Below are positions 1 through 10,511 of a stretch of DNA of 64,000 nt, in pieces. The position numbers and the translations under genes were made by a program. How positions within the stretch are numbered: the stretch's first letter is position 1; every line of letters starts with the position of its first letter. Below the pieces are notes generated by a model. That model made no database searches. It was given only the letters and a program-made list of their open reading frames with translations, and was not told the origin of the DNA. The DNA lies in IMG/VR virus record IMGVR_UViG_3300021364_000005. One strand, given 5' to 3'. The DNA comes from a virus (taxonomy: Duplodnaviria > Caudoviricetes).

Positions 1-2
1 CA

Positions 3-3000
3 ACTGCTGGCTATGTTAATTCAGACGATGTTGATTATGAAATAGCAACCTACAATGATATTTTAACACTTGATGCAGCATCTATATTAATAGATCAATA
101 TGTGTGGGTCGGTTTAGATAAAGATAATGACTGGAATGTATTCAAGGTTGAAAATACTGATTTAAAAATTGGTATTAATGACTACCAAACTGATACAAGG
201 CTAACATTTTATAAAGAACATAATTTAGAAATTGGCGATATTTTTATCATAGCTACAGAAAAAAGTGGTGAAGAAAAGTTAGTTAAAGTTAAGAATATTG
301 AAAATGAATATGTCACTATTGATAAAATAGATATTACTGAAACTGACGTACCTATTAGGAAGTTTGTATCTAAAAGATATACTAATATAAGTAATTTTGC
401 AGCAGCAGTTGATAGCACTACTATTAACGATTTAGCATGGGTTGACCAAGTAGAAAATGAAAATACTTGGGGAGTTTACGAAAAAGGAAGTTATAATTAT
501 AGCAAAGTTTCCGAATTAGATAATACAGGAAAAACAGGATATTACTTTAATGATATATCTTCTGATCAAAGAAATGTTTTACTTGCTGTAGGATATACAG
601 GTGATAATCAAGTTGAGGTGTTTTCAAGAGCAACTGATACTTCTAACTTAGTAATAGAAGGTAATATACTCGAAGATACAACAGTAGCAAGTAATCAAAG
701 TTTTGGTAGTAGTGTTGCAGTTAGTCCTGACCAGAAGTATATTGCTGTAGGAAGCCCTGATGCAACAAGTATTAAAACAAACCTTATAGGTTCATGGAAT
801 CCAAACACAGCGTATGCAGTTGGTGATATTTTAAAACACAACAATAGGTATTGGACTGCGCAACGACCAATACTTGCTAGTTCAGGTCCTCAATCTTATA
901 ATACCTACGAACCATATCCTATACTTAAAGATAACTTATCCGATAGTACTGAAGCTAATTTTTTAGTTGCAGGAAACTATCCTCTTACAAATACAAGGGC
1001 TAACCATTTTTTAATTAGAGCAACAGATGTACAATTTAGAGCAATACCGGTAGGGAGTACTCTACATTTACATTGGAACAGGTTTAGCGTAAGCCATATT
1101 AATCCAACTTTACGAAGAGATCCTTTTGAAGGCACAGTAACTGGTTTAGATTATAATTGGCTTACAGGTGCTCATGTTATTTCCGATAAAGTAGATATGA
1201 TTCTTAATATTCCTTTTGCTTTGCTTTCGGTTGCAGTTGGTGATATATTGCAAACAAGCACAGGTGAAGGAGAAATAAATTATGTTTATCAAAACGGAAA
1301 TGGATTTATAGTATATCTAAAAAATACAACAGGACAATTTGCAGCTACAGGAAAAATTTATAATTCAGCTAATGACGAGATTGGCGATTATGAATACGAA
1401 ATACCAGACGATACGCATACAAGTTTAGGCGGCTATTGGATGATTAGTACTAATAGTATTAGTGCAGGCGGTGTAGACTTTATAGATGTAATAGTTGATA
1501 ATTCTCCAGGGCTTATTATTAAAGATGTAAAGCAAGCAGGAGATTTGACTGCTGTAGAAAGTTACTACAATGTTACTGAAGATGTTGGTGTCGTAGGAAC
1601 TATATCCAATGGCAACGAAAAAGTATCACTTATAGGTAAGTTTAAAGACCCAGATACAGGATATCCTGCTCCAAGCGGATACGAATATAGAAATTTATGG
1701 TTTGTAAGACTAGGGTCTACAGCTCCTACATTTAATATTGGCGATTCGATTAGATTACAAGAAAATACTTTCTTGCAAGATATAGAATGGGAAAATGAAT
1801 TTCCAATAATAAATGATAACAGTGATCCAATTTTTGATAATAACCACGAAGTTGTGGAAAAAATTGACGGTTATATAAGAATTCAATTACAACCAGATCA
1901 AGTAGGAACGCATAACTTTGTAAAGGGCGATCAATTAGAAGATGCTAACACTGGCGCAATTTTCAATATATTCCATGCTACTATTGATGCTGGGTTTTTA
2001 ACGCAGACATTGTATGTTAATATTGACGGTACAAGTCCTGTTCAAACATTTAGTAACGGTAGCGATTATGGCGACAGCACAAGAGTTATTCGCAGACGTA
2101 GCGGAGAGGTAAACAGAGACGCAGGATTTATGCAAGAATCAAGTGTAGCAACAGCAGGCGGTTCGATATCTCCTTTATATGTTTTTGATTCAAGACAGCA
2201 CCTTGCTAATCCTGCACTAATTAATTATGATTTGCCTGTCTACGGCACTGATTTATATTATGGTGCTGAATACTGGATTAGACCTCAAGGTAGAACAGAA
2301 CTAGGCGATGCTAGAGCAGCAAATGAACCTACACCAAATAATGCGGATTGGTTACTTACAACTAGCATTGATGTAATACCTACAGGCGGAACATTATATA
2401 CAGGAACAGGATTTGTAAGTGTTTATGAAAGACAAGATATAGGTGTATATGCATTAGAGAAAAGATTTGTTTTACCTTTCAATTTTGCTAATGTTGGTAA
2501 AAATTTAGATTTCAAAATTGTTAATGGTACATATGTCCTTTTCGTAGGTGCTCAAGATAAATTACTATTTGTTAAAAAAGGAACTGAAGGAAGTAGAACA
2601 TTTAATTGGGAAGTAAGTTTAGATAAAGACTTTAGAGATGTATTCTCAATGAGTGCTGAATATTATATAGGCGATGTTGTAATTTATAATGCCGAATTAT
2701 ATAGAGCAAAAACAAATATAGCAAGCGGCAGTTCATTTAATATTCTAAATTGGGACTTAATAGATAACGATATTGATTATACAGGTTATGTTCCTAGACC
2801 TACTACAGTTGCTGGTAATGATAGTAGCTTACTTTCGTTGTTTACTGATATCGATAGTGTAGCTGCTGATTATGAACTTAGCGATAACGGACAAGTCCTT
2901 GCATTATATGCAACAAGAGATGATACAGATCCAAATGTTACACAAAATGATAAAATAGCTGTTTATAGATATGTAGATAATGCATATAGACTACAAAACG

Positions 3001-6000
3001 TTATAGATATTCCAGACGATAGTGTTAACGATCAGGAGTATAAGCATAATTTTTCAATGTCTTCGGATGGATCAAAAATTGCAGTTGGATTATATAAATC
3101 CGATGCAAATGGTTTATACGATGCAGGAAAGGTTTTAGTTTACGAATATCAAAGTGCATCACTTGGTTGGATTTTAATTGACACAATTATTAGTCCATCT
3201 AACGATGATTCTGAAAACTTTGGTTATGATGTTGCTTTTGTAGGGAACAGTTTAGTAGTAAGTAGTTTGTACGGAGATAATAGAAAAGACTGGACACTAT
3301 CAGATAATACTACATTTGATAATGGATTTACAAGTTTTTATCTTAGTGATAATATTGATGTAGGCAGCGTATACGTTTATGATTTGTTACAAGGCAAATA
3401 TATATTTGCTACTAGAATTGATACAAGTGTTAATCTTACTAAAGATTTAAGGAAAAACGGATTACATCTTTACGGGCTAAACGGACACGAAACTCTTTGT
3501 GATTATAAATTTAATAATCAAACTATATGGAATAGGAAGCGCCAGCAATTAAGGGTTGTAGATATTGATAAATTTAAAGGTCCTTTCCTTTACGATAAAT
3601 CTACCAAGGAAATGATTAATTACATTGATATAGTTGATCCTATTCAAGGTAAAATTGCAGGCCCTGCAGAGCAAGAATTAAGATTTAAAAGTCATTGGGA
3701 TCCTGCAATCTTTTCTAATGCAGACGAAGCTGATACAAATATAATTGTTGACAAATTCAAGGCCTGGGGCCCAGAACAAACAGGATACTTATGGTGGGAT
3801 TTATCAACAGCAAGATTTAAAAATCCATACCAAGGCAGCGCAATTTACCAGTTAAACAATTGGAATACATTATTTACAGGTGCAAGCATTGATGTTTATG
3901 AATGGGTAGAATCAGATTATGACCCTGAAAACTGGACAGCTCTTGCAGACACAGAAGAAGGATTAAACGAAGCAATAAGTGGACAGCCTAAATACGGTAT
4001 TGACACATATTCTTTAAAGAAGAAATACGATCCAATCACTCAATCTTTTGTTAACAAATATTATTTCTGGGTAAAGAATAAAAAAACATTGCCTGCTTTA
4101 AAAGAAAGAGTTACTACTGCATTTGATGTTGCAGCGTATATTGCAGATCCTAGATCTGTCAACTATAAGTATGCTGTTTTATTGACATCATTTAGATATG
4201 CTGTACTAAATTCTAGAGCAGATATAAAAGATAGAGATACAGTTGTAAACTTTACATGGCACACTTTAGAAAATAAAGATCTTAATATTCATAATCAGTA
4301 TCAACTTATAAGTGACGGGTTATACACAAGTAAACCTAATGCAGAGCTTGTAACAAAATGGTTTGATAGCTTAGTAGGATTTGATAAAAATCTTAAAGAA
4401 GTTCCTGATCCTATGTTATCACCAAAGCTAAAATACGGCACATTGTCTAGACCAAGACAAAGTTGGTTTGTAAATAGACTTGAAGCATTAAAGGTAGTAA
4501 TTGAACGTGCAAATCTTGCTTTACGTAAAAAAGTTATTGTAGATGATTTTGATTTTACTGCTTTAAATTCTTACGATGAAGAGCCAAGTCCAAGTTCAAG
4601 AGAGTATGATTATGTAGTTGACACTGAAATAGATTTACAGTTTATAGGCGTAAATAATTTTAAACAAGCTGTTCTCACTCCTGTTTGGACTAACGGCAGA
4701 CTTACTGATGTGATCATAACAAATCCTGGATCAGGTTATATTGATCCTAGTTACACAACAGGAACAAGAAAAGGACCTCTAGTTAAAGTAGTAGGCACAG
4801 GTACTGGAGCAGAAGTAGAATGTACTATCAACTCCTTTGGAAGTATTACAAATGTAAGGATCGTTTCGTCGGGTGAAGGTTATGCTGACACAGGTGTTTT
4901 AAGCATAAGAGGGCTTACGGCATTAGTTAACGCAGATAGCACAATTAACAACAAGTGGGCGATCGCTGAATATGCTCCATCTACTCAACTTTGGAATAGA
5001 AAAAGCACACAGAATTTTGACACAAGATTGTATTGGAAGTATGTAGACTGGTTTGCATCAGGATATAATCAATTTACCGAGCCGACATTTATTTTAGAAT
5101 ATTCATACGAGTTAGAATCATTACAAGATAGAATAGGAGATGTTGTAAAGATTAACAATGTAGGAACAGGAGGATGGTTACTTCTTAAAAAGGTAGATGA
5201 TCAAGATAGTGTAGATTACAGTGTAAATTACGAAACAGTTGGTAGACAAAACGGAACTATTGAAATTGATAAAGGGTTATATGACTTCAGAGGAACAATA
5301 AGTGGGTATGATGGTTACAGTTACGATATAACAATTTATGATGGTGTACCTATTTCTGAAACAAGAATAATATTAGAAACTTTATTCAATAGTATATTTG
5401 TTGATGATTTAGCTATAGAATACAATAAAATATTCTTTGCAAGTATTAGGCATATATTCAGTGAAGGCCAAACACCTGACTGGTTATTTAAAACAAGTTT
5501 TGTTAAGGCAAAACATAATTTTGGCAGCTTAGATCAAAAAACACATTTCCAAAACGATAATCTTTCAAGTTATGAAAGCTATATTAGAGAAGTTAAGCCT
5601 TATAAAACACAAATTAGAGAATACATCAGTGCTTATAATAAAATAGATCCAAGTGCATCTAGGGTAACTGATTTTGATTTAATGCCTTGGTATGATCCTG
5701 CCAAAGGTAAAATTGCACCACAAGTGACACAAGTTAAAGATGGTGTCATAACCGTTGATAATAATTTAGAATATCCTTGGAAGAGCTGGATTGACAATGC
5801 AACTTACTATGTAGATAGTATAGAAGTTGTTGATGGCGGATCTAACTTCACCATGGAGCCTCAAATTACATTAGAAGGAGGTGGCGGAGAAGGTGCAACT
5901 GCTAGAGCCTATATTAGTAGAGGTAAAATAACTTCAATAGAAGTGTTAACAAATGGATCAGGATATGTATCAGCACCTACTGTAGTTATTAATGGTAGTC

Positions 6001-9000
6001 AAACTGAAGGCGGAACACCAGCCATAGCAGTGTCAAGAATTGAAAATGACACTGTAAGGAAAATTAAAACCACTATGAAGTTTGATAGAACTAGTGGTGA
6101 ATTTGTTTATTTAGATTTATCAAAGACAGAAACATTTACTAGTTTAACAAACCAATTTAAATTTGACTTAAAATGGCCAATTGATTTTGCTGAGGAATTA
6201 GAAATTGATATAGATGGTGCAGAAGTTTTAAGTAGTTTATATACTATAGGAAATGAACAAGATAAAACATTTAATGAGTATTATATTGAAAGAGGATTTG
6301 TTGAATTTACAGAACCGTTAGATCCAAATCAAATTGTTACTATAAAATATAATATATCTCCTGCGTTATTAAAAGCATCTGATAGAGTGCATCATTTCTA
6401 TAAACCGATATCAGGAATGCCGGGCTACGACCAAGTAGTTAAAGACCTAAGTCAAGTTATGCAAGGTATAGATTACGGTGGCGTAGAAATCACGAGTTTT
6501 GACTTTGATACTGATGCAGGATGGGATTCAGATGGTTGGTATACAAGTGCGTATGATCAGTTTGACGGGCTGTATGAAGATATTGTATTTAGAGCAGACG
6601 GATCGACAAGATCTGTAACATTGACTACACCTTTAGAATTAGGAACAGTTTACAATCTTTATCTTAATGGTGTAAAGGTTGATGATCCTAACTTTGGAAC
6701 TGCGCAACAAACAAATATAAATGCATTAGGAAGTAGTATTACAGGCGACGGAACGTCTACAGAAATTGATGTAAGTAATTATAACATCCAAGACGGCGAT
6801 GTTTTCATTATTAGAAAAATTACTAGTGACGGAACATTTATACCAGACGGAGCAAGCTACGATGCACAATTATCCGGTGGTAACTTTTCCTATGGTAATG
6901 CTAAAGGAATAACAGCAGGCGAAATAATTGTTGACGGTGACGGATTTGTTACTCCTACTACAAGCAGAAGTACAGACGAACACGTTCCAGGACAAGTTTT
7001 AGATACAGTAGATATAAAAGTTTACGAAAGAATAAGTAATGGCCAAGGGGTAATTGTTTCAAGAATACATTATTTCAACGCAGATGAAGAAGAACAAATA
7101 TTAGCAACAAAGCAGTCTGAATTAGCAAGTTTAAATGTAGATTATACAACTGAAGAATCTGATCTTGAAAGTTTTAATTCACAACTTGCTACACTTCAAA
7201 CCGAACTTGCAACTTTAGAAACAGAACGAGACAATTTACAAGCATATGCTGATAGTATTGATCTAACAACATCTGAATATCTTGCTTTACAATCAGAAAA
7301 AACAGATTTAGAAGATGATATTGCAACAGCGCAATCAGAACTTTCTTCGCTACAAAGTCAATTAAGTACTGCCCAAGGAGATCTTGCTAATTTAGAATCT
7401 CAAAAAACATCTGTAGATTCTCAGCTTGTTACAGCGCAGCAAAATTTAGCAACAGCCCAGGGTGAGCTATCAAGTTTACAGCAACAATTAAGTGCTGCAC
7501 AGGCAGACTTGCAAAATTATTTGCCCTCTGATCCTGAGTACGGGCAAATACAAGCGTTAATACAAAGTTTACAATCTCAGATTACAGCTAAAAATGGACA
7601 AATTAGTAATCTACAGTCTCAAATTTCTAGCTTACAGAGTCAGTCTAGTTCTTTAGCAAGCCAGATTGCAAGTAAACAAAGTGAGGTAACTTCGTTACAA
7701 GGACAAGTAACATCTAAGAACACTCAGATAACTAGTTTGCAAAATGATTTACAAACAGTTAACACTGAAATAAGCGATTATCAGCAAGCATATAATCTTG
7801 CATTAGCTGATGTGTCTGCTAAAGAAGGTGAAATAAGTAATAAAGAAACTGATATTAGTATTAAACAAGGACAGATAGCAACACAGAATACTTTAGTTAG
7901 CAATATTGAAAACGCAATAGCAGCAAAAGAAGTAGAAGTAGATCAAGCACAAGCTGCAATTGATGCGTTATTGGTAGATTACGATATTGGTATAACACCA
8001 TTAAAACAAGAAAACTTAATTGTAAGATTTAGTAACGGAACTGATGACAATAGAATATTAGATTATTCAGAATATACTGTTAACTACTCTGCAAAAACAA
8101 TTAGTCTTAAGAATGCACCTCCAAGTAGAACTACTATAAACACATTAGTAGTAGGTAGCAATGGTAGTGAAATATTAGACAGTGGAAGATTTATTGGTGA
8201 TGGAAGCACAACTGAATTTTTAACTAAACTTACATATCAAGAAAATTTACAAGCTGTAATTACTGTAAACGGAATTCAACGAAGTGCAAAAGCTTCAGAA
8301 GGAAAAGCAGCAGATGTAGAAATACTTATGAGCAGCGATGATTATGAATTAGAAAACGCTGTACTATTAAGTTTTGGCGCTGCACCAAAAGCAGGAGATT
8401 ACATCAATTACATAATATTTGGTAGCGATACTGAAACATTTAGTGAAGTAATTATTGATGATTTCCAAGCTGACGGAAGTACTGCAACATTTGAACTAAC
8501 GCAGCAGCCTTATAACAAGCAGCCTGCGGATATTCATACTTTAGTTCTAGTAGGAAATAACGTACTAGATACAGGATATAACACAAGATTTAATAAGACA
8601 AGTGCAAAGTTTTATCCTCTAAGTCAGCAAAACATACCTTACTACAGTAAAAATCCGCAGGAAATTATTGTTTATGCAAATGGTATTTTACAAACACATA
8701 CAGAAAGTTACAGATGGTATACTGAAAATAGTACATTAGAATTATTTGATGGAAAGTTTGCTACAGATGATGTTATAGAAGTTTATACAAAAAATGAAAA
8801 TTATGAAATTAGTAATTCATTCATTACATTAAGTAATATACCAACAGCTGGTACCATTAAAGTATTCCAATTTAGTAATCATGATTTGCTAGAAATAAAG
8901 CGTTCTACTCAAACAGTTTTGAAGAGAGCAACACTTGTTGTTGGTACAGATGATTGGAGAGAATATAGTGATGGTGCAATAGGAAGAATACGTTTAGAAA

Positions 9001-9878
9001 ATCCAGTGATAAATGAAAATTATGTATGGATTGCATTAAACGGAACACTGTTAAGTCCAAACACAGATTATGGATTGCTACCTGATTACAAAACAGTAGA
9101 AATTTATAAAGAAATACAAGAAGGTAACGAAATAGATGTAATTCACTTTAGTGGCGATGTATCAAGTGAACGTTTTGGATACAAACAATTTAAAGATATT
9201 TTAAATAGAACACACTACAAGAGAATTAATGCCCAAACTGAAACTGTTTTAGATCAACCTCTGGCGCAAAATGATTTAAGAATATATGTTAAGGATGGAA
9301 GTAAATTAGATGAACCTAATAAAAAATATAACTTACCTGGCATATTATTTGTTAATGGCGAACGTATAGAATACTTTGTAAAAGAAGGCAACGTTTTGAG
9401 ACAAATAAAAAGAGCTACGCTTGGTACTGGTATAAACAAAACTTTACCAGTAGGAACTATAGTTAGCAATTTAGGTGCTGCTGAAACAGTTCCATATCAA
9501 GATAAAACTTTGATTACTGAATTTACATCAGATGGATCGTCGGCTGACTTTGAATTAGACTTTTCAGCACAGTATGGCGTAAACCAATTTGAAGTTTTTG
9601 TTGAAGGCAAGCGTTTAAGAAAAACAGCTATTGAAGTTTTTGATCCTGCAATTGATATTGTAAGTCCGCAAGCAGATGTAACACATCCAGCAGAATTCAG
9701 TGTACATGGCACAAATGATAATATTTTAAGATTGTTAAATGTTCCAGATGCAGGAACAAAAATTAAAGTAGTGAGAAAAATAGGATCTCAATGGAGACAA
9801 GAAGGAGTCAGTATGAAAAGCAGTAAAACTTACATTACTGATTTCTTAAGAAAAGGAACAACCGGGCTACCCGAATAA
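3..9878 (+). CDS. Giant virion structural protein (baseplate/tail-associated), 5'-truncated by the window edge
   Basis: The frame is open from the window start (TAGYVNSDD...), so the ORF-track start at 102 is internal. It has beta-propeller-type repeats (FGSSVAVSPDQKYIAVGSP, FGYDVAF), two CBM5/12-like segments, GSGY-type beta repeats, several F.xDGST..F repeats and a ~300 aa coiled-coil insert. It sits directly upstream of tail-fibre genes. Confidence 0.75.
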   Translation, partial: TAGYVNSDDVDYEIATYNDILTLDAASILIDQYVWVGLDKDNDWNVFKVENTDLKIGINDYQTDTRLTFYKEHNLEIGDIFIIATEKSGEEKLVKVKNIENEYVTIDKIDITETDVPIRKFVSKRYTNISNFAAAVDSTTINDLAWVDQVENENTWGVYEKGSYNYSKVSELDNTGKTGYYFNDISSDQRNVLLAVGYTGDNQVEVFSRATDTSNLVIEGNILEDTTVASNQSFGSSVAVSPDQKYIAVGSPDATSIKTNLIGSWNPNTAYAVGDILKHNNRYWTAQRPILASSGPQSYNTYEPYPILKDNLSDSTEANFLVAGNYPLTNTRANHFLIRATDVQFRAIPVGSTLHLHWNRFSVSHINPTLRRDPFEGTVTGLDYNWLTGAHVISDKVDMILNIPFALLSVAVGDILQTSTGEGEINYVYQNGNGFIVYLKNTTGQFAATGKIYNSANDEIGDYEYEIPDDTHTSLGGYWMISTNSISAGGVDFIDVIVDNSPGLIIKDVKQAGDLTAVESYYNVTEDVGVVGTISNGNEKVSLIGKFKDPDTGYPAPSGYEYRNLWFVRLGSTAPTFNIGDSIRLQENTFLQDIEWENEFPIINDNSDPIFDNNHEVVEKIDGYIRIQLQPDQVGTHNFVKGDQLEDANTGAIFNIFHATIDAGFLTQTLYVNIDGTSPVQTFSNGSDYGDSTRVIRRRSGEVNRDAGFMQESSVATAGGSISPLYVFDSRQHLANPALINYDLPVYGTDLYYGAEYWIRPQGRTELGDARAANEPTPNNADWLLTTSIDVIPTGGTLYTGTGFVSVYERQDIGVYALEKRFVLPFNFANVGKNLDFKIVNGTYVLFVGAQDKLLFVKKGTEGSRTFNWEVSLDKDFRDVFSMSAEYYIGDVVIYNAELYRAKTNIASGSSFNILNWDLIDNDIDYTGYVPRPTTVAGNDSSLLSLFTDIDSVAADYELSDNGQVLALYATRDDTDPNVTQNDKIAVYRYVDNAYRLQNVIDIPDDSVNDQEYKHNFSMSSDGSKIAVGLYKSDANGLYDAGKVLVYEYQSASLGWILIDTIISPSNDDSENFGYDVAFVGNSLVVSSLYGDNRKDWTLSDNTTFDNGFTSFYLSDNIDVGSVYVYDLLQGKYIFATRIDTSVNLTKDLRKNGLHLYGLNGHETLCDYKFNNQTIWNRKRQQLRVVDIDKFKGPFLYDKSTKEMINYIDIVDPIQGKIAGPAEQELRFKSHWDPAIFSNADEADTNIIVDKFKAWGPEQTGYLWWDLSTARFKNPYQGSAIYQLNNWNTLFTGASIDVYEWVESDYDPENWTALADTEEGLNEAISGQPKYGIDTYSLKKKYDPITQSFVNKYYFWVKNKKTLPALKERVTTAFDVAAYIADPRSVNYKYAVLLTSFRYAVLNSRADIKDRDTVVNFTWHTLENKDLNIHNQYQLISDGLYTSKPNAELVTKWFDSLVGFDKNLKEVPDPMLSPKLKYGTLSRPRQSWFVNRLEALKVVIERANLALRKKVIVDDFDFTALNSYDEEPSPSSREYDYVVDTEIDLQFIGVNNFKQAVLTPVWTNGRLTDVIITNPGSGYIDPSYTTGTRKGPLVKVVGTGTGAEVECTINSFGSITNVRIVSSGEGYADTGVLSIRGLTALVNADSTINNKWAIAEYAPSTQLWNRKSTQNFDTRLYWKYVDWFASGYNQFTEPTFILEYSYELESLQDRIGDVVKINNVGTGGWLLLKKVDDQDSVDYSVNYETVGRQNGTIEIDKGLYDFRGTISGYDGYSYDITIYDGVPISETRIILETLFNSIFVDDLAIEYNKIFFASIRHIFSEGQTPDWLFKTSFVKAKHNFGSLDQKTHFQNDNLSSYESYIREVKPYKTQIREYISAYNKIDPSASRVTDFDLMPWYDPAKGKIAPQVTQVKDGVITVDNNLEYPWKSWIDNATYYVDSIEVVDGGSNFTMEPQITLEGGGGEGATARAYISRGKITSIEVLTNGSGYVSAPTVVINGSQTEGGTPAIAVSRIENDTVRKIKTTMKFDRTSGEFVYLDLSKTETFTSLTNQFKFDLKWPIDFAEELEIDIDGAEVLSSLYTIGNEQDKTFNEYYIERGFVEFTEPLDPNQIVTIKYNISPALLKASDRVHHFYKPISGMPGYDQVVKDLSQVMQGIDYGGVEITSFDFDTDAGWDSDGWYTSAYDQFDGLYEDIVFRADGSTRSVTLTTPLELGTVYNLYLNGVKVDDPNFGTAQQTNINALGSSITGDGTSTEIDVSNYNIQDGDVFIIRKITSDGTFIPDGASYDAQLSGGNFSYGNAKGITAGEIIVDGDGFVTPTTSRSTDEHVPGQVLDTVDIKVYERISNGQGVIVSRIHYFNADEEEQILATKQSELASLNVDYTTEESDLESFNSQLATLQTELATLETERDNLQAYADSIDLTTSEYLALQSEKTDLEDDIATAQSELSSLQSQLSTAQGDLANLESQKTSVDSQLVTAQQNLATAQGELSSLQQQLSAAQADLQNYLPSDPEYGQIQALIQSLQSQITAKNGQISNLQSQISSLQSQSSSLASQIASKQSEVTSLQGQVTSKNTQITSLQNDLQTVNTEISDYQQAYNLALADVSAKEGEISNKETDISIKQGQIATQNTLVSNIENAIAAKEVEVDQAQAAIDALLVDYDIGITPLKQENLIVRFSNGTDDNRILDYSEYTVNYSAKTISLKNAPPSRTTINTLVVGSNGSEILDSGRFIGDGSTTEFLTKLTYQENLQAVITVNGIQRSAKASEGKAADVEILMSSDDYELENAVLLSFGAAPKAGDYINYIIFGSDTETFSEVIIDDFQADGSTATFELTQQPYNKQPADIHTLVLVGNNVLDTGYNTRFNKTSAKFYPLSQQNIPYYSKNPQEIIVYANGILQTHTESYRWYTENSTLELFDGKFATDDVIEVYTKNENYEISNSFITLSNIPTAGTIKVFQFSNHDLLEIKRSTQTVLKRATLVVGTDDWREYSDGAIGRIRLENPVINENYVWIALNGTLLSPNTDYGLLPDYKTVEIYKEIQEGNEIDVIHFSGDVSSERFGYKQFKDILNRTHYKRINAQTETVLDQPLAQNDLRIYVKDGSKLDEPNKKYNLPGILFVNGERIEYFVKEGNVLRQIKRATLGTGINKTLPVGTIVSNLGAAETVPYQDKTLITEFTSDGSSADFELDFSAQYGVNQFEVFVEGKRLRKTAIEVFDPAIDIVSPQADVTHPAEFSVHGTNDNILRLLNVPDAGTKIKVVRKIGSQWRQEGVSMKSSKTYITDFLRKGTTGLPE
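7086..7973 (+). repeat. Heptad coiled-coil insert (two ~146 aa arms around a PSDP turn) in the giant structural protein
   Basis: S/Q/L/T/A-rich heptad pattern. The only prolines in the segment are in LPSDP at 7521-7535. Confidence 0.75.
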
Positions 9879-9881
9879 ATA
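9875..9881 (+). promoter_or_regulatory. T4-like late promoter motif ATAAATA
   Basis: ATAAATAC overlapping the stop of the giant gene, ~25 nt before the ATG at 9906. Confidence 0.5.
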
Positions 9882-9905
9882 CAATTACTGAAAGTGAGAT
9901 ATAGT

Positions 9906-10508
9906 ATGCTGCAAGATAAACATGGTGTAATGGTACAAGGTCATATAAAGATATTTGACCCAGAATCTGGTGAGGTTATAGTTGATAAGCGTAATGCTAT
10001 TCATTACGAAAATATGAGTATTGCTTTAGCTGAAAGTTTAGCTAATCAGGGCAATGGTTTTATTTGGAGTATGGATTTTGGCAATGGCGGCACAAATCTA
10101 GATCCTAGCGGTGTAATTACATATCTTACACCAAACTCAACAGGTACAAATGCAAGTTTGTACAATAAAACATTTTCAAAAGTTGTAGCAGATAGTCCGT
10201 CAAACACAGATAAAATTAGAAACAAAATAGAAACTCGCCATGTTAACGGGACAAATTATACTGATGTATTTGTAAGTTGTTTACTAGATTATGGAGAGCC
10301 ACAAGGCCAAGCAGCATTTGACACTACTGACAGCAACGAAAATTTGTATGTATTTGATGAATTAGGGCTAAGAAGTTACAGTGAGTCGGGCGAAGGAAAA
10401 TTAATTACTCACGTTATTTTCCATCCAGTACAAAAGTCATTAAACAGATTAGTACAAGTAGACTATACTGTGCGTATACAAAGTTTAACTGGATTTAATG
10501 AGGGGTAA
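9906..10508 (+). CDS. Conserved phage protein, probably virion/baseplate-associated
   Basis: ATG at 9906 (MLQDKHG) is preferred over the track start at 9894. Located between structural genes; no enzyme motif seen. Confidence 0.5.
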   Translation: MLQDKHGVMVQGHIKIFDPESGEVIVDKRNAIHYENMSIALAESLANQGNGFIWSMDFGNGGTNLDPSGVITYLTPNSTGTNASLYNKTFSKVVADSPSNTDKIRNKIETRHVNGTNYTDVFVSCLLDYGEPQGQAAFDTTDSNENLYVFDELGLRSYSESGEGKLITHVIFHPVQKSLNRLVQVDYTVRIQSLTGFNEG

Positions 10509-10511
10509 TAG

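Noticed and set aside
7086-7973. Coiled coil as a tape measure protein or SMC-like ATPase
   Set aside because: It is an internal insert in a beta-rich protein, has no Walker motifs and is far too short for a tape measure.
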